From: Iphione sp. A-MEVVRFRX5
Lineage: Eukaryota
Direction: 5' to 3'
Assembly: GCA_976226885.1 (NCBI GenBank)
Contig: OZ320315.1
Coordinates: forward strand, 97,402,001 to 97,466,000
Length of the DNA stretch: 64,000 bases
Part shown: in pieces, positions 60,573 through 64,000 of the stretch
Layout of the letters: each line of letters starts with the position of its first letter
Numbering within the stretch: the stretch's first letter is position 1
The notes under the pieces: model-generated
What the model was told of the DNA's origin: nothing
The model's database searches: none
The model's input: only the letters and a program-made list of their open reading frames with translations
Program-made: the position numbers and the translations under genes

Positions 60573-61560
60573 TCATCTACTTTTCTGTGTACATTGTGCA
60601 GAGGCTCTGGAGTCTTCTGTAAGTTTTATGTATTGGAGCTTCCTCCTAGGTAGCAAGGTCATCTGTAGGTTGATAAGTTTGGCTTCTCTGTGCAGTAATA
60701 GCACTAGCCAATAAAGGGTCAGGTTGTTCTTTGGTGCTGTTCTGTTCAGGTGCAAGTGCCATCCCTCCACAGCGTTGTTGGTTCTGATGGAGTGCCCAAA
60801 GACATGACATACAGATGGTGGCCATACAGAGTCGTTGATCAAGGTTCTTTTGATGTATTCTAGAGCTGGTTAACTGCTTTAATTGTTACAGCAAGTACCC
60901 GCAACTCCTGAAAGGCCTGTTCAATGTGTGTATCTGGCAGGAATGGCAGGGCCATTACTTGCCAGAAGTAGTGGTGTGTTGCCTGATGTGTCATGTTGAT
61001 TTGTTGTAGACCCAAGGTTTGGATCTTCCTCCATACTGATTGTGTCCAATGGAGCATACAGCCCTTGACATCAGCAGTAGGCAGCACTTCAACAGCTTCC
61101 AACAGCTAGCTTCAAAATCCATGACTACTCGCTTCACTGCTAGGTGCTCTGTTGGCAGTTTCTTGATGATCTTCTTCAGCACCTGCTTGTAGTCCTTTTT
61201 CTCTGGGTGTAACATAAGCACGAACATACACAGCACTTGTTTCTTCAAGTTGTCCCCTTGATGAAGGAATCCATTGATGGACCACAGCTGAACAAATGGA
61301 TGTCAGATGATCTTGAAGGTACAATCCATGTAGCAGTTATGCACTGGCTCAGCATCTCTATCTGCTGACTTGTAGCAAAGATCATGTTCATGTTGTCCTG
61401 TTAAAATCGATATAGAAGTGAGTCCTTGGACATAATTTGGCTCCCCAGGCACCAGACCAGCACGTTGTCAGGTGGCTGCCTGTTCCAAGTTGGCTGGGGC
61501 ACTGAAACAGTTATTGATCAACTTTATTATATTGGGGCTTGCATTCTTTAAGAATTTCTT
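60573..61560 (-). pseudogene. Mutator/MULE DDE transposase relic
   Basis: MDCTFK, VMDFEA, GCMLHWTQSVWRKIQTLGL, MALPFLP, RTNNAVEGWH. The 5' side is cut by the LINE tail at 61592. Confidence 0.85.
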
Positions 61561-61591
61561 TTTTCTTTAGGATATCCAAAGCCCTGGTTAG

Positions 61592-64000
61592 GTATTGTAT
61601 TGTATTGTATTCTTTATTTCGGAATCTCTGTTTACAGACAAAGCTTTTCACCCGAAAGCCAAGTTCGGGCACTTACTTAGAGGATGTGATTTATAATAAT
61701 TAAGGTAGTAATGAGAACATTCAAGACTGAGATAGCCATTAACCGGTCATGAGTAAATACTTAATAACCTGATCAGTGACGTTAGCGCTATGCAATCAAC
61801 TATACAAGCTGTACAAAAGTGAATCGACATCTGAGGCATGTAATAAAGATGAGAACAATCAGTCAAAATATTCTATCCTTTGTCACAAGTGAATAAGAGA
61901 ACAAAATAGACATCGTCTTGGCTTATTACAAATATTGCACAATGTACTCTTTCTTAGTATAGCGATCACAAAAGTACAAAAGTCACTTAAAAGTACGTTT
62001 CGGCTAATTGCAGATACAAAACAAATTGACACTGTTGAAGTCATTATATATATTGCCTGACGTACTCACCTAGAATAGCAATCACAGTTGGCATTTTAAA
62101 TATTTGGTTCGGCTAATTACAAGTATTGCACCAATACTCTCTTAATAAAGTGATCACAGTTGGCAGTTAAGATACTGGTGTTACACTCGTAATTTGGTCA
62201 AATAGCACTAGGTGTATCCAGTATGGCTGAGGTGTCGGATGGTAACAGCCATCAAATCACAGGCACAATCGTGTAATAGGATATCCCAATATACTCTCTT
62301 GCATGGGGTATCACAGATTGGTTGTCTACACACACACAATCACATTCCATTCATTCATAGCCCCATTCACACTACATACTCAATTACACAAACAGTTATA
62401 CATACTCATCTCATACCATTTTTCCATCTACGCCAGTCGCACTCTTTTAGCACCTTACCCAACTTTACCTGGTTTGGAAGTTCACTCCAACTTGCTACCC
62501 CTCTGTATCTCAATGATCTAGCAAATCTCATCGAGCGGGGCCTGCACACTTTCCCTCGCGTTCTGCTACCCATTCGTGTTTTGGTACCCAATCCCTTCGG
62601 TAGGAGCTCCAACCGCATCAGCTTGTGCACTACCGCAGTCCCCCTATATTCGATCATGTCGAAGACCCTGTCCATACCTAGCCTCCGTTGTAGATTTGTA
62701 GCACTCTGACCATCCTTAGTGATCAGTGCAGCTCTCACACAACGGTTTAGAGTGATCTGTAGCTTCACTTTGTTCGAGTAGCTAACCCCGAACAACAGCC
62801 CAGCTGTGTAAACCAGATGAGTTAGCACTAGTGCTCTGAATAGCATTAGCCTCACATGAAGGGGTACCCAATGTTTTATTCTGGCAATCTGCGTAGACGC
62901 TCTCCACATTTTGGCCGACGTGTTGCGGATCGCACCACCGTAGTCGAGTTTTGAATCAATGTCAAACCCCAGGAGTTTTACATTGGTTGATGCCGCTAGT
63001 TTAGTTTCGCCTATTTTCAAATCAAGGTCGAGACCAGTGGCAGTACCAAGGGGCATGTGTACGCATTTAGTAGAGCTTAGTAGGAGACCGTTGTCGCTGC
63101 ACCAATTTACAACGGAGTCAAGAGCTCGTGCCGCTTGGCTTCTCAATCGCATAAGGTCCCGCGCATGCACCAGGACAGTTAGATCATCTGCATAAAGCAC
63201 CGCTGATGCTTGGTTGGGGAGCACAGCTGTAACTGAGTCCACTACAAGGTTAAAACCTAACGGGCCAAACACCGACCCTTGCGGTACCCCATGGCAGACC
63301 ACTCTTTTGCTCGACTCGCTGTCGCCACACCTGACAAACTGACTCCTATCAGTGAGGTAGCTACTGATCATTGCCAGTAAGTTTTTACCACCCCCCACCA
63401 TCCGCAGCCGATAGAGTACATTGTCCCTGCTCACTAAGTCAAAGGCTTTTTTTAGATCGAATAAAAGCCAACATACGTACTCTTTTTGGTTAATCAGCTC
63501 TTGTGTGTCACATACGAGCTTTGCGGCCGCTGTTTCTGTACTGAACCCCTCCCTGAAGCCGTGTTGCATCATGCTGAGACTACTTTGCCGGGTCAAGTTG
63601 TTATTGATTTCCTGGCAGAACCACTTCTCACACAACTTACCAGGGAGGGGCAGTATCGACACAGGACGGTAGTTTGTCAAGTTGTTGGGGTCCCCTCCTT
63701 TGTGAATTGGACAAACCCGTGCCGTTTTCCATGCTCTGGGATATCGTCCTGTAGCATAAATCTGCTCAAATGTCCATGAAAGGAATGCTGCATGTCTAAG
63801 AAGAATTGGCTTGAGGATCCTAGTTGGGATCCCACTGAGCCCGGATGATTTTTCTATGGACACCCTCTGGACAATTTTCCTGACTTCATCAGGAGTCGGT
63901 GGGCGGATATCAAAGGTTTCGCCACGTGCGGTTGTTGATATATGCACTGGAGGTGTCCATGGCTGGCTTAACCTATCAACTGAGTCTACAAAATGGTTGT
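61592..64000 (-). mobile_element. LINE related to copy 3 (open RT to window edge, about 0.8-kb 3' UTR, AATAAA + (AATAC)4 tail)
   Basis: RT ORF of 513+ aa with GVPQGS and YADD. C-terminus SLRYRG..W..LP..VKLGK as in copy 3. Tail at 61592-61611. Confidence 0.92.

Noticed and set aside
1-64000. Prokaryotic defence island or phage interpretation of NADAR, RT and tyrosine recombinase genes
   Set aside because: The RTs are LINE, DIRS and Penelope type with APE and RNase H partners, poly(A) signals and splice sites. There are no operon-like bacterial genes. No rRNA or tRNA was recognised.

Overview
Eukaryotic (probably invertebrate animal) DNA made almost entirely of transposable elements and their fragments. 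I saw no rRNA, tRNA, CRISPR array or complete host gene. The main content is a family of three-ORF non-LTR retrotransposons on the minus strand (6616-11604, 17015-22200, and an apparently intact copy at 37698-44700). Their ORF1 joins a coiled coil and an L1-type RRM/CTD to a C-terminal NADAR (YbiA-like) domain. A separate SGNH/GDSL-fold ORF follows, preceded by a splice-acceptor-like site, and then a CR1/L2-type APE-RT ORF ending in AATAAA plus a microsatellite tail. Other content: several DIRS1 and Ngaro/PAT tyrosine-recombinase retroelements (two with split direct repeats); a gag-LINE-YR chimeric ORF; Polinton, Penelope, pogo/Tigger and MULE relics; a tandem array of decayed SENP6/7-like SUMO-protease exons (46.3-49.6 kb); and two homologous 104-nt exon-like segments. 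About 28 recognisable units lie on the minus strand against 2-3 on the plus strand, which suggests a uni-strand piRNA-cluster-like trap locus. All family assignments come from motif recognition by eye, not from database searches.
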